From assembly GCF_964188315.1 (NCBI RefSeq), contig NC_135662.1, positions 7,626,001 through 7,690,000 of the forward strand: DNA of 64,000 nucleotides, given 5' to 3'. Under the pieces are notes generated by a model. That model saw only the letters and a program-made list of their open reading frames with translations. It was not told where the DNA came from and searched no databases. Source of the stretch: Podarcis muralis (lineage: Eukaryota). Below, piece after piece: positions 10,378-22,309 of the stretch; within the stretch, counting starts at the first letter, position 1, and each line of letters starts with the position of its first letter. Made by a program: the position numbers and the translations under genes.

Positions 10378-11883
10378 CCTGGTCAGTTTCTGCTTTGATA
10401 CTCCTTCTGCTGTGGAGATTCCTCCTAGAAGAAAAGAGAAGAGCTGGATTTGTTTCTTGCTTTGGGGATAAATGCATAATGATGCTGCTCAAGTTCTCAG
10501 CTGGGTCTTCTTTGATCCCCACTGTTGATCAAAGTTAAAAGCGATTTAGATTATTCCAGATCTGTGTTATTTTCAGATCAGTTCATATTCATACTACACT
10601 GCTCCAGAGAAAGTTTCTCAGGTGCAGAGCGATTGCAGAAGGAACCACAAAAAATTAAAACGATAGAAATGAAAATACAGCTCCTTTCATTTAGAGAGTA
10701 ATCCTACTCATAGGACAATTCAGGTGATGGAACTCAAAGAGTCATTTTCAATGCACCAGAAATTGTGTCCAAGCCCATCCAAATATGAAGGTGCATGCTG
10801 GACTTGCAACTTTCATGGGGTTGGAAACATACAAAGCTTTTATATTTGGAATATACCTTGTTTGTATTGTCTATACTAGGTTAAATCCATATTAAATGAG
10901 TTACAATAAGTTTCCATTGAAATCAGTGGGACTTAAGTCATGGTTTGGGTCAACTAACTTGGCTACTACTCCAATTACCTGGGAATAAACTTCTTTGAAT
11001 TCATTAGAACTTGAAGTAGTCATGGTGAGGATTGCATTGTGAGCAATTCCTTAACTCTAGCTTACTTCCAACCAACTACTTTTTGCACATACTTTTGACT
11101 AAAGCACACATTTCTGCATTTTATTTTCACTGACATCTTTATTTCATTCTACAATTTCACTTAAATATATATGTTAGTTTAAGCATTCTTTGGTTGAAAA
11201 ACTGCACCACAAAATTCAGATAAGTGTGAATTTTGAAGGACAGTTCTATTTCACTTCACTTATGGTTCCAGTAAGTGTGAATTTGACAGATTCAGCTTTA
11301 AATGCACATTGAATCAATTTCTCCCCCATTTCTAAGAATGAGGACTAAGAGGATGGGCCAAAGGCATTAGAGAAAATATTATCTTTGAATAGGAATCAAA
11401 GGAAGAGTAAATGAGAGAATGTTGGAACCACAGGAGAATTGACCATTAATAAAAGTTGTCATGCACAGAATATCCTACCTTTACAAATCACACCTGTTGG
11501 CTCACAACTGGGTATAGATGTTCCGATGTTCTCCTCCTTGATTTTCAGGACCTCAAGCCATACATTTCCTTTCTGCTTCAAAAAAGTACTTTGCCAACTA
11601 CAACATGCCCATGCACACTGAGCATACTACCTGGAGCCGGGAGGGTCAGGGATGGGCTTTATGTTCAGACAGGGTGGGGCACAATCTTCACATCATGATG
11701 AAACGTACAAGAAATCCATTTGTTGGTGCCTCAATAACCAAGGTCAGGGCTCTGCAACTTTCTGTGTGGGCAGGAAAAAAAATGCTTCTCAAATGTAAAG
11801 TCTCAAGGGAAGTTTGCACTTATCCTTGCAGGTGTTTCAAAGCATACTCCAACTCTCTAGGATGAGAATTGAGATCTTATTTA

Positions 11884-12109
11884 CAGTGGTACCTCGGGTT
11901 ACATACGTTTCAGGTTACAGACTCCGCTAACCCAGAAATATTACCTCAGGTTAAGAACTTTACCTCAGGATGAGAACAGAAATCGCGCAGTGGTGGCGAG
12001 GCAGCAGCAGGAGGCCCCATTAGCTAAAGTGGTGCTTCGGGTTAAGAACAGTTTCAGGTTAAGAACGGACCTCCAGAACGAATTAAGTACTTAACCCGAG
12101 GTACCACTG
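11884..12109. mobile_element. Tigger-like MITE
   Basis: CAGTGGTACCTCGGGTT...AACCCGAGGTACCACTG, TA flanks. Confidence 0.9.
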
Positions 12110-12359
12110 TATTACCCTGATTTTGACCACCATGTCCTAACAAAGAAATGAATTTTGCTTGATCATATTATTCAATCCTATTCAATCAAATTACACGTTC
12201 TAAAAATCTCAGAGTATACAAGACCCCCTAAGACCCCCCCACATGCACCTGATAAACTGGTGATGATTCCTTTCCCTGTACTTACTACCTGGGCATCTTT
12301 TATTCATGGACAAAGGGCCCTTTATGGGGTGCATCTGAAATTCTCCTTCTTCCAGAATA

Positions 12360-12585
12360 CAGTGGTACCTCAGGTTACATAAGCTTCAGGTTACAGACTC
12401 CGCTAACCCAGAAATAGTACCTCGGGTTAAGAACTTTGCTTCAGGATAAGAACAGAAATCGTGCTCCGGTGGCGTGGCAGCAGCAGGAGGCCCCATTAGC
12501 TAAAGTGGCGCTTCAGGTTACAAACAGTTTCAGGTTAAGAACAGACCTCCAGAACGAATTAAGTACTTAACCCGAGGTACCACTG
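12360..12585. mobile_element. Tigger-like MITE
   Basis: Same family TIRs, TA flanks. Confidence 0.9.
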
Positions 12586-13844
12586 TACTGGAGTTCTGAA
12601 TTGCCTTGTCTAGTTTCTTGTTTTTGATCTCTAAACTTACCCCACTATTTCCTGCACAGCTTGCAGCTCCTATCAGTTACTTCATTCCACCCTCTCTCTA
12701 TATCATCAAATCACGTAGGCCCATTAATTTTAAAAAAAATTGTTGTGTGGGGAGAAGACTTAATACGTGATCATATGAAGAAAATTGTGAGCATTTGAGA
12801 AGTATTGCTCTCAAAAGCAAACACCTATGCTTGAATGCTTGGAATAAGATAAGTACAGCCTTGACTCCCAACCGAAGCTGTGTTATCATGAGGCAAATTG
12901 CTGAATCATTCAGCCCAATATTGTCTTTTACGGGGCTGCTATCTAAGATCCTTTTAACTAGAGAGCGAACCCAGGAAATTATGCTTGCCACATTTTTGCT
13001 CTATCATTGGATTAAGATCATTTTACCCCCTTTGAACCACACAAATTTCGTTTAGAATACCATGTCCCCTTTAGCATGCTTTGCCTGGTATATTGTTCTG
13101 AGTTACTGATATTTTCCTTCATACATTATGGGAGGAAATGATTTTAATTCCACCATGTAAGTATTTCCTGACTTCTTTCTCCCATTAAATGTGCAGCGCA
13201 TAAATGAATTCCTCTCTCCCCCGCCCCATTGTACTTTTGCAGAAGCCAGTTGCAGCAAGTTCTGCTTATGACTTCTGCTAAAACCTTGTACGAGGCCACA
13301 GAAAGAACTCCTGTTTGCCTTCCCGACTTCTCTTCAAACCCCCCAAAACTCAACAAGCGAAGTTTTGCAGCAACATTAAATAATGGATAGACCATGAAGT
13401 CAGAACTAATTTCAGCACATAAAATCTTAGAGCTTCTCATCTTAATTATGTTTCGCTTTTAATAAACACTACTATTCTGAATTGTAGCAATCATAGAATC
13501 ACAGAATCATAGAATTGTACAGTTGTAATCCCAAAGGATCATCTTTTCCTCACTTGTTTCAAGTTCTCTGCACATTCGAGAGGAGAGAAGGTTATGTTGT
13601 TATCAAATAATGGATAGAACCAAACTTTGCAGATATAACCACTGACTAATCAATGGATACGAAAAATAAATAAATCACATCACCATCTTGGTTGAAGGCC
13701 ATCACTACCTCCGGTGGAACTTGGATGTGAGGCTGAGGAAGGGCGCAGCTCTCTCAGGTGAGAGGTAGAAGGATTCAAGCCTCCGTATATGGATTGGCGA
13801 TGAAGATAAAATGGTGATAAAGGCATACATATACTTAGATATGT

Positions 13845-13930
13845 GTTTTGTTTTGTTTTGTTTTGTTTTGTTTTGTTTTGTTTTGTTTTGTTTTGTTTTT
13901 CCTTTCCTTTCCTTTCCTTCCTTTCCTTTC
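13845..13930. repeat. (TTTTG)n followed by (CCTTT)n microsatellite
   Basis: Direct read; followed by an L1-like 3' UTR ending AATAAA...AAATAAATAAATAAAA at about 14023. Confidence 0.95.
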
Positions 13931-14025
13931 CATTTTTATTATTCTTTCCAGACTAGTTTGGTTCTTTATTGTATAATAAGTTGAAAATCTTCAATAAAAT
14001 TGATTTAAAATAAATAAATAAAATA

Positions 14026-14285
14026 CAGTGGTACCTCTGGATATGAACGGGATCCGTTCCGGAGCCCCGTTCGCATCCTGAAGTAAACGTAACACGTGAC
14101 TGCATGTCTGCGCATGTGCGGGTCAAGTTTCGCCACTTCCGCACATGCTCGTGACATCATTTTGAACGCCTGCGCATGCGCGAGTGGTGAAACCCGGAAG
14201 TAATGTGTTCTGTTACTTCCGGATCGCTGCAGAGTGTAACCCAAAAATACTTAACTTGAAGCTACTTTAACCTGAGGTATGACTG
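14026..14285. mobile_element. Tigger-like MITE, second family
   Basis: CAGTGGTACCTC...GAGGTATGACTG termini, TA flanks, different interior with TGCGCATGCGC palindromes. Confidence 0.8.
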
Positions 14286-14779
14286 TATGCCTCACAAAGA
14301 ATACCCTATCTTCTTCAGTAACCCTGTGTTTGCTGACAAGTGGGAGTAGACAAAAGTCTGATTTTCTCCTCCTAGAATGACAGGATCTTGAGTCCCAAGT
14401 CCCCTCTCTTTTTCCAAAAGCATTTGTCTATCCACCTCTTTCCATCCATAACTGAGCACACAAGCTTGGGCATAGGATTTCGGGAAGAGGCTTTATGCAT
14501 TTACATCATGATGAATGTGCAAATAATTGGTATATGTCCAATTAGCAAAGCCAGGGCTCTTCTACTTTTCTTGGGTGCTCCAGAAATTGCTTGTGCACAG
14601 GAGAAATTGCTGCCCAAAGTCTCAAGAGTGGTGTGTGCTTTATACATGCACTTCATTCAAAGTGCTTTCCAGTACTTTGTGCAATTTGAACATAGTGCTC
14701 TTAGCACATAGATCTGATCTCTGAGCTCTGCAAAACACAAATTTTAAGTAGAAAGCTCAATCATACAAATGTCCACTTT

Positions 14780-15250
14780 TAAACTCTGATGGCACGGAGG
14801 AGAAATGAACCACAAATTTGACCACCAAGAGATGGGCAGAACTGGAACATTCTTGGTTTAATAGTAGCATTAGGAATCTGCATCATTATATTAGGATTAT
14901 TATTAATTTCATTTCTATACTGCTTTATATTTTCAAAGAAAAAAATATCTAAATGGTTTCTAACCCACATTAAAACTGTCCAGCATAGATCCAGTGGGCG
15001 GGGGTCACTTTGATGGTGCACACCATCCCGGGTACCATTGAGGAACATTCCACGACTACAACTGTACAAAGTAAATTTATTCTTCATGCCCAAAGAGTGA
15101 TATTGATGCACTGGAAAGAGAAATCTACGCCCCTCTTTAGTGAATGGTTTGCATATATGACAACATTTGCAACTTATTGCTTACAGACATAAATTTTGTA
15201 TGGACAAGTATAATGTTATTTGGAATGCATTTATTAAAAATATAGTAGGT
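14780..15250 (+). mobile_element. Old, degraded L1 ORF2 C-terminal fragment
   Basis: Frame-shifted remnants: SKWFLTHIK (cf. HRWYLTP), AQRVILMHWKEKSTPLFSEW (cf. ARRLILLNWK..P.F..W), YNVIWNAFI. Confidence 0.45.
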
Positions 15251-15659
15251 TATAAATAACCACATGCATACTTGGATCATAATAATTTTCATTTCATTGA
15301 AATACTTTCCTTTTTAAGGGATACATTCAAAGCAACATAATTAGCAGAAAAGTAATATATTATCTTAAAGATTTCAAAATAAAACATTGCAAAGGAAGTC
15401 AGCTACAGAATGCACATTTAATGCCGCAATGAATTGAATTTATTTATTATGGTCGGAGACCAGCTTGTGAAACACAACATGTTTCACTTCCTGTTGAGTG
15501 TGTTCCATTTGTAAATTGAGTCCCCCACTGCTATGGGAAAGCATGCCTTGGTTTAAGAACCATTTGGTTTAAGAATGGACTTCCGGAATGGGTTAAGTTC
15601 ATAAACCAAGGTACCACTGTATAGCATTAAAGTTTGAAGTCGTATCTGTGAAGGGCATA

Positions 15660-16610
15660 AAAGGTGACATGGGGAATAATCCTTCCTCTCTACAGCACTC
15701 CTTTTCCTGGAAAAGTGTGCCATCATGCTTTCCCTAGAACAGCCACTCTTCTTTCTACAAGTTTGGTAATAAATCAATGGTTTAATGCTGGAGTTAATGC
15801 AAGCACACAGAGCCTAGGACTTGCCGATCAGAAGGTTGGCGGTTCAAATCCCCGTGACAGGGTGAGCTCCCATTGCTCGGTCCCTGTTCCTGCCAACCTA
15901 GCAGTTCTAAATCACGTCAAAGTGCAAGTAGATAAATAGGTACCGCTCTGGCGGGAAGGTAAACAGTGTTTCCGTGTGCTGCGTCTGGTTTCGCCAGAAG
16001 TGGCTTAGTCATGCTGGCCACATGACCCAGAAGATGTACGCTGGCTCCCTCAGCCAATAAAGCGAGATGAGCGCCGCAACCCCAGAGTCGGTCACGACTG
16101 GACCTAATGTTAGGGGTCCCTTTATCTTTACTAGGAAGCCAAACTCTATTACAGAGTAACAACTCATATAGACTTCTGCAAAGTGAAAGGGGATGACTGG
16201 AAACGTAAGGAGGAGATAAGAGAGTAGAGTGAACAAATAGGTTTTTAAGAGCAGCTGGTGTTGTGATTTAAAAGAGATTCTGAGGAAAAGTGTCACAGTG
16301 GAGACAATCATCAATTTTGTGGAAATTAACGTGTTGATCATGAAGCAGAGCGTTAGGGAAGAACTGGCAAAGGGATCCGTAATATCCAGAGCAACTTGGA
16401 TTCCAGAGAGTAGGAAAGCAAAGACCCATATTATGGCACATGCTTTGAAGGACGACTCTCAGGCCAGGCTGAGACTGTGCCTATTTGGAAATAGGACAGA
16501 CCCACAGAGGTGAATGCTGATGCCTGTCAGTACAAATTGATCAATGGTGCACAGAGACTGGAACAGCCCCCAAAACACCAAGAAAAGCAGAGATTGGACA
16601 ATATAACTTG
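15660..16610 (-). pseudogene. Decayed MRGPR pseudogene psi1 (TM3-TM7), split by a Sauria SINE
   Basis: Minus-strand translation: DQFVLTGISIHLCGSVLFP..* ..CAIIWVFAFL..LMIVSTVTLFLRISFKSQ..EFGFL[SINE]CACINSSIKPLIYYQTCRKKSG.SRES, with stops and frameshifts. TM1-TM2 were not found. Confidence 0.85.
15806..16131 (+). mobile_element. Sauria SINE, 5'-truncated, inserted in TM7 of psi1
   Basis: AGAGCCTAGGACTTGCCGATCAG...GTCCCTTTATCTTTAC; receptor reading (FGFL|CACINS) is contiguous across it. Confidence 0.9.
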
Positions 16611-17165
16611 TTTTGTAAATACTTAGTGCTATGTACTGACATTCTCGCCCTGGTCCAGCAGGGGAATACTGTAGATAACCACTTCATCAGCTCTGAATCT
16701 ACCTGTACTTGTCCTCCGCTCTTCCTGTAGATAGTTTTCACTCACCCACAATACTGAGGGCTAGATGTCACCCCTGCCCCTTAATGGGGGTGAGAGTAAC
16801 AGAGAATTTGGAGGGCAGGTTTGGGCAAAGCACTAATAAATAGATTGCTAGAGCCTTGTAGTGCATTACTTTGTTAGAGTGACAGCAGGAACTGAATTGA
16901 ACCATCTCTTTTTGCATTTCAGGACTATCTATAGTGGAAGAGGAATCAATGTGCCAAAAGAAAACATCTGAGGATAATGGCCCTTCATGGATCACTGCCT
17001 TGCCGTGGCGAAGGGGCTTGAATAACTCAGAGAAGCTACGAACTATGCCCAGCAGGGCACACAAGATGAACAGATCATAGTGGAGAGATTTGACCAAACG
17101 TGATCTACCTGGAGGAGGAACCGGCAAGCCACTCCAGTATCCCAGCCAAGAAAACTCCATGGACA

Positions 17166-19061
17166 GAGCTTCCGGGTTAGCGCCATCGGCTAATGGCGGA
17201 TTCCCTCCGAGCTCCGGAGGGAATCGGCTCCGCAGGATTTGGGTCTTGCCGCTGCGGCGACGCGGGGACCCTTAAAAATCACAGGCGGTGAAGCCTGTGA
17301 ACCTGGTGACTCGGCGGGCACCATTTGCGCCCCCCCGACCTGCGAAGGAGCCTTTTTAAAGGCTTCGGAACGGGGGACGGGGTGAGCGGCGCGGTGCTGA
17401 GAGTCGACTGCTTCTCCTGCGGAGTGAAGCCGCGCTGCCATGGACGGAGAATGCTGACTTCTTCTTGTGAATAATTGGACTTTAAAACAACAACCCGTGA
17501 GTAGTACGGAAATTGGATTTGTAAAGAAATTTTTTTTTTTGAATTAGGGACGATCGGGGAAGGCGCAAACAGGAAGTCCGTCTCCCCGTCTTGTAAATAA
17601 TCTAAAGCAAGGACCTGCTAACTAAGGTCGAGATAATTTTTTCTTTTTTATTGGGTAAAAGACATTAATTTCACGATTTGGCACTATAAGAAATTTTACT
17701 GGAGGATAAGAGCTAATTTTGGGAGCTGAAGTGCCACCCCCCCGGACCCGGGAGTGATCCGCGAGAGAGCCTGTTGAAAAGGTATTGAAGAGTTTGACAG
17801 CTGTCAAATTAGCTGTTGTCTCTGCTGGTTGTATTTGTTACAATTTGATTATATTTTGTTGAAAATAAGGAAGAACTGATACAAACTAACTTGATTTTTG
17901 GATTTGAACTGGAAGGAATACTAAGTAACCAAAATCCCTCTAGAGGGGGTTTTGGGACACTACAAGAATGGCTGAAGGAGGGAAAATTCAAGCTAAATTG
18001 GACAGAGTCTTTGTTCTCTTGGGAAAGTTACAAGGCCAAATTGATGTTTTTGCTACAAATGTTGCAACTCTGGACTTAACAGTAAACAAACTTATTGAAT
18101 TTTATAAGGATTTGACTCAGGAAGTTCATGCAGCTGGACAAGAAGAGAAACTTGAGAGTTTTGAGAGTGTGGAGAAAGAGATATATGTTGTTCCTGAGGA
18201 AAAGGAAGGAGGAGCTGTAATGTTGCAGATGACAAAGGAGGGCCAGAGGCCTGACATGATGGCTACAAAGGAAAATAAGAACTTGATGGCGAAAATTTGG
18301 TCTGAATTGGAGACTGAAGAATGGAGAGATCTCCTTATGTGGAGATCTGAAGACCCAAGGATTACAAATTTGATTAAGGTGGAAGTTGGAGCTTTGCGGA
18401 CATTTGGACTTGAAAGGAGTAAGAAACAAGATTCAGGCTCCACTTTTAAGTATGGAGGTCTGGTTGGAAGAAACATGGACCCCATTGGGCTAGAGCTTCT
18501 CCGAGATTTGGTGTTTAATACCAAGGACTATCAAAAAAACCAGCAGAGAGGAATTGAGAGAGAATTAAGAGCCTCGGACGTGAGATCTCCAGGCTGATAG
18601 TAGACTAAGACTGATGGACGTTTGTTGGGGATTGAAACCGGGAAAGGGGGGGGTGGAGTTTGGGAATCCAAAGGGTGCATAATTATAACCTGTTTTTGCT
18701 TTTATTTTGTTTTGTTATTTGTATGAAAATTGGGGAATTCGTGGAAGGGAATTTAGGCCGACTTTAGAAAAAGGTTTTAAGAATAAGCACTGATGTATAA
18801 ATATTGATGTCTATAAGGCAAGATTGGTTTTTTAAAATGAACTAAACATAAAAAGGTTAAAAATTAGGGATAAGAACTTGTCGAACCAACAATTTGAACT
18901 GGAATACAAGAAGGGGAGGTGTGGGGAAGTCAGGGAAATATGTTATAGAAAAGTAAGGATTGTGAACTCTATGTGTTTTTAAACTTTTTTGTTTTTTTTC
19001 CCTTTTTTGATTTTTTAATGTATTAAAGTGGAAAATTTCAATAAATATCTTTTTTTTTTTT
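17166..19061 (+). mobile_element. Non-autonomous L1-dependent retroelement (HAL1-like) with a single ORF
   Basis: Exact 18-bp TSD AAGAAAACTCCATGGACA (17148-17165 and 19062-19079); CpG-rich 5' end (CTTCCGGG..ATGGCGG); L1-like G-rich then T-rich 3' UTR; AATAAA at 19040-19045; no endonuclease or RT coding sequence. Confidence 0.85.
17968..18597 (+). CDS. 209-aa element-encoded protein with an N-terminal coiled coil (ORF1-like, function unknown)
   Basis: Strong Kozak context (aagaATGg); intact ORF; 4-3 hydrophobic spacing I7-L11-V14-L18-L21-I25-F28-V32-L35-V39-L42-Y46-L49-V53. Confidence 0.65.
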   Translation: MAEGGKIQAKLDRVFVLLGKLQGQIDVFATNVATLDLTVNKLIEFYKDLTQEVHAAGQEEKLESFESVEKEIYVVPEEKEGGAVMLQMTKEGQRPDMMATKENKNLMAKIWSELETEEWRDLLMWRSEDPRITNLIKVEVGALRTFGLERSKKQDSGSTFKYGGLVGRNMDPIGLELLRDLVFNTKDYQKNQQRGIERELRASDVRSPG

Positions 19062-19513
19062 AAGAAAACTCCATGGACAAAGACAACAGGCATATAAAAG
19101 TTATGACACTGGAAGATGAGCCCCTCAGGTCGGAAGGCTTCAAGGAAAATGTTTCAGATCCTTCTCTAAGTGATATTTTGCTTTCCCCATATTTATGTAC
19201 CTACTTATTATATAGTTACAAAGCTTGATTCCCTTCTGCCAGGTTTCCCACTCTGTTTGTCTTCAGTTTCCTGTGTTTCTCCCCCAGCCACTGTCTCTTG
19301 CAGTAATTTTACTGTGTATCCTCCACCTTTCTGTCTCCCTGGTCCCTGAAATTCTCATCTATACACCTGCTTGCTCATGTGTGCTCCCTCTTGACTCTCT
19401 CAAGAAATGCAGCCAACTGTCTTTTAATTCCTCAGCTGTGTGCGTTGCTCACTTCTGCATGCATTGGTAGGCAAGAAGGACGCCTGCTTTCTGCTAGGCT
19501 AATCAATCCTGCT

Positions 19514-19663
19514 NNNNNNNNNNNNNNNNNNNNNNNNNNNNNNNNNNNNNNNNNNNNNNNNNNNNNNNNNNNNNNNNNNNNNNNNNNNNNNNNNNNNNNN
19601 NNNNNNNNNNNNNNNNNNNNNNNNNNNNNNNNNNNNNNNNNNNNNNNNNNNNNNNNNNNNNNN
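19514..19663. other. Assembly gap (150 N)
   Basis: Direct read. Confidence 1.
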
Positions 19664-21173
19664 TACTTGAAATTCATTTACAGCTTTGTCTGTTCCTATT
19701 GACCAAGGAACCCACAATTCTCTGAGTTCACATTTTGGAATAAGATACATACAAGAGGCATTCTATGGATGGACCATTATCATTAGCCATGACGGGTGAG
19801 TGGTTTTTGCCTATATAATTTTACATTTGGATGATATCCAGATTTGTTATTTTTATTATGTAGTAATATTGTCTCATCTTTTTTTAAAAAAAAAATGCAA
19901 GTGTTGTTACTGCACATATTCTGCAATTTATCTTTCTACTGTTTATTGGTTTAGAAATTATCTTTTGATCTTTTAAACATAGGTTACACTGGGGATGTGT
20001 GTGTGGTCCTGACATGTAATCAAGACCACTGAAGAAGACTTGAAGGTCAAAACATGTTTGGCCATGTTTAGATGCTCCTTAGTTATTTAGGTCATTTTGG
20101 GGGGCAATCCTATTGCAAAGGTCTTCAGGGATAAGCAGCTGAGGAGACAATGGATCTCTGGCTCAGCTGGCTGATTCCTGGCTCAGCTGGCATTTAGTTC
20201 CCAACTCCAGGTCAGCTGAAGATATGCCAGTGTAACTTTTTTATTCTGGTTTTGCCAAGGCTCTGCCAATGGAGCAAAAGGTGGCTTAGCAGAGACCAGT
20301 ATAAGTTCCCCCAAGGGAGCATTCTGGGGGTTTGGTGAGGACAGGACCAGATTAGAAAGACATAGGATAGCTCCTAAGCCCATTCAGCTTGGTCACATGC
20401 CACAGAAACCCAGAATAGAACACAAAATCTAAATGTTCATTTTCCCTCTGCCAGACTTAATGCAGAGCTCCAGCAGCAGCCCCACAAATGAATGGGCTGC
20501 AGATCTCACATAATTTTATATTTCTTGGCATAGGATTTCTTCCTTCAAATTTAACTGTTAATTCATCTTTTTATTAGCATTTGTTATATACAATTATGTG
20601 TAATAGATTCTTGGCCAACTGTGCTTCCTATGCACCCTAGATTCGTAAAGCATGGCTTTCAAACTGTTTGGGTTTCTCTGCAAATACACAAATTGAGAAC
20701 AGCTGGAGAAAAAAAATGGCAGAGCACACATTCTGGCAGCAAATCACTGTCCCTGCATTAGATCTTCAGGGGGCTGTAACACTCATGTATGTTTTTAGCT
20801 TGCAACTCCAGGTTTAGCACTCTCTCTCTCTCTCCTCCAGCTTGTTTCTTACATTCTCCCAGCAAACAGCAGATCTTTACAAAAGCATCCTTTGCTTGAG
20901 ACAGGGGGAGGTATGTTCCCAACCTCAAGAAATATACAGCTGTTTCTTGGCTGCTGAAAATGTAACTGGCTTATTTAGAAGGATGCTTTTGTTCATTCTC
21001 CTAACCTCTGCTCTGCTGCTGCAACTGCAACCTCACTCTCTTATGTATTGACAGAATGTACCTGGATGTCTCACCCAGGGGACTACCATGGCACATTCAA
21101 CGTTTGCTTGGCATTTGAAAATGGTGCTGTCTCTGTACGTCTTTGAAAACTTGCTTCTTGTTTTCTTTCAGCA

Positions 21174-21218
<45 letters not shown>

Positions 21219-21580
21219 TTATTTATACCCCACCCATTTGGCTGGGTTTCCCCAGCCAGTCTGGGTGGCTTCCAACAAAATATTAAAATGCAATAGTCCT
21301 TCAGATATTAAAAGCATCCCTAAACAGGGCTGCATTCAGATGTCTCCTAAAAGTCTGGTAGTTGTTTTTTTCCTTTGACATCTGGTGGGAGGGTGTTCCA
21401 CAGGGTGGGTGTCACTACCGAGAAGGCCCTCTGCCTGGTTCCCTGTATTCCCTGGTTCCCCAGAAGGCCCTCAGAGCTGGACCTCAGTGTCTGGGCAGAA
21501 CAATGGGGGTGGAGATGTTCCTTCAGGTATACTGGACCGAGGCCATTAAGGGCTTTAAAGGTCAGCACCAAGGTCAGCGA
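21174..21580 (-). mobile_element. L2-clade LINE 3' end with (AAT)n tail
   Basis: VLTFKALNGLGPVYLKEHLHPHCSAQTLRSSSEGLL..GTRQRAFSVVTPTLWNTLP. Confidence 0.88.
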
Positions 21581-22059
21581 CTAGAATAAAGGCTGTTCCC
21601 ATCACAGGCTTCCATAAATCATCCTTCAGACATTAGCATATGAAGTTGGCTTCAGGAGGCTCCCCTTGTGATATAATCAAACTGTTAATCAGTCTAACCT
21701 TGCATCTGTCTCCTTTCTTCAGAGCAGCAGTGACTTGCAAGTGTCCCAGACATCCTTTTCAAGCTAATCCGCTCAATAACCAGCAACTTGGAATTAACCT
21801 GGGACATTCTCCATGCAAGGACTATATGCTCCCAATGAGTTATGGGATTTCCCCTCTTTTCATGTGCCTGAGATGAAGAACAGATCAACAATCCTCATAA
21901 AGGATGATAAGAAATCAAAAGTGTGGAACAATATCCTGTGATGAAAAGGGAGGACATACAGAAATATTTCTGTACACCTCAAGTCCCAAGCGGGAGAGGA
22001 AATTGTGTTGTTTTTGAAACTCACAGCAAGATGTAGAATGGAAAGTCCCACCCACCTTT

Positions 22060-22170
22060 CATCATGACTTTATCAGTTGCCAGATTCATACCACAAGAGG
22101 AAAATGCTCATTTTCTGGTCAACAAGATAACCATCTATGAATCGAGGAGGAAGAGACCCTTCTTGTGCAA
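22060..22170 (-). promoter_or_regulatory. Conserved upstream block, copy 2 (upstream of psi1)
   Basis: ctttatcagttgccag..acaagaggaaaatgc..ctggtcaacaagataaccatctatgaatcgaggaggaagagac aligns with copies 3 and 4. Confidence 0.6.
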
Positions 22171-22309
22171 GGCTAGATATAATCTTCAGAAAGGTGCAGA
22201 GTCTCAACCTATTAGATTAACCTCAGTAAAAACTCAACTATGTCCTAGTTGTTGAGAAAAAAAGGCTCCTGGACTTTCTCGGCAAAGAAATTCCTGGCAG
22301 ATATGAATA

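Larger units (their letters stand above)
16980..19137 (+). mobile_element. RTE-BovB 5' UTR fragment, split by the 1.9 kb insertion
   Basis: ATGGATCACTGCCTTGCCGTGGCGAAGGGGCTTG...GCAAGCCACTCCAGTAT, resuming after the insert as ATGACACTGGAAGATGAGCCCCTCAGGTCGGAAGG. Recognised from BovB 5' sequence by memory. Confidence 0.65.

Noticed and set aside
12130-13450. Possible remnants of an old L1 ORF2 (for example ESFSPILS..LLSKILL)
   Set aside because: The resemblance is too weak and fragmentary to support by eye.
14830-15010. Apparent transmembrane exon NWNILGLIVALGICIIILGLLLISFLYCFIF
   Set aside because: Bounded by stops with no splice signals; neighbouring frames match the decayed L1 ORF2 C-terminus.
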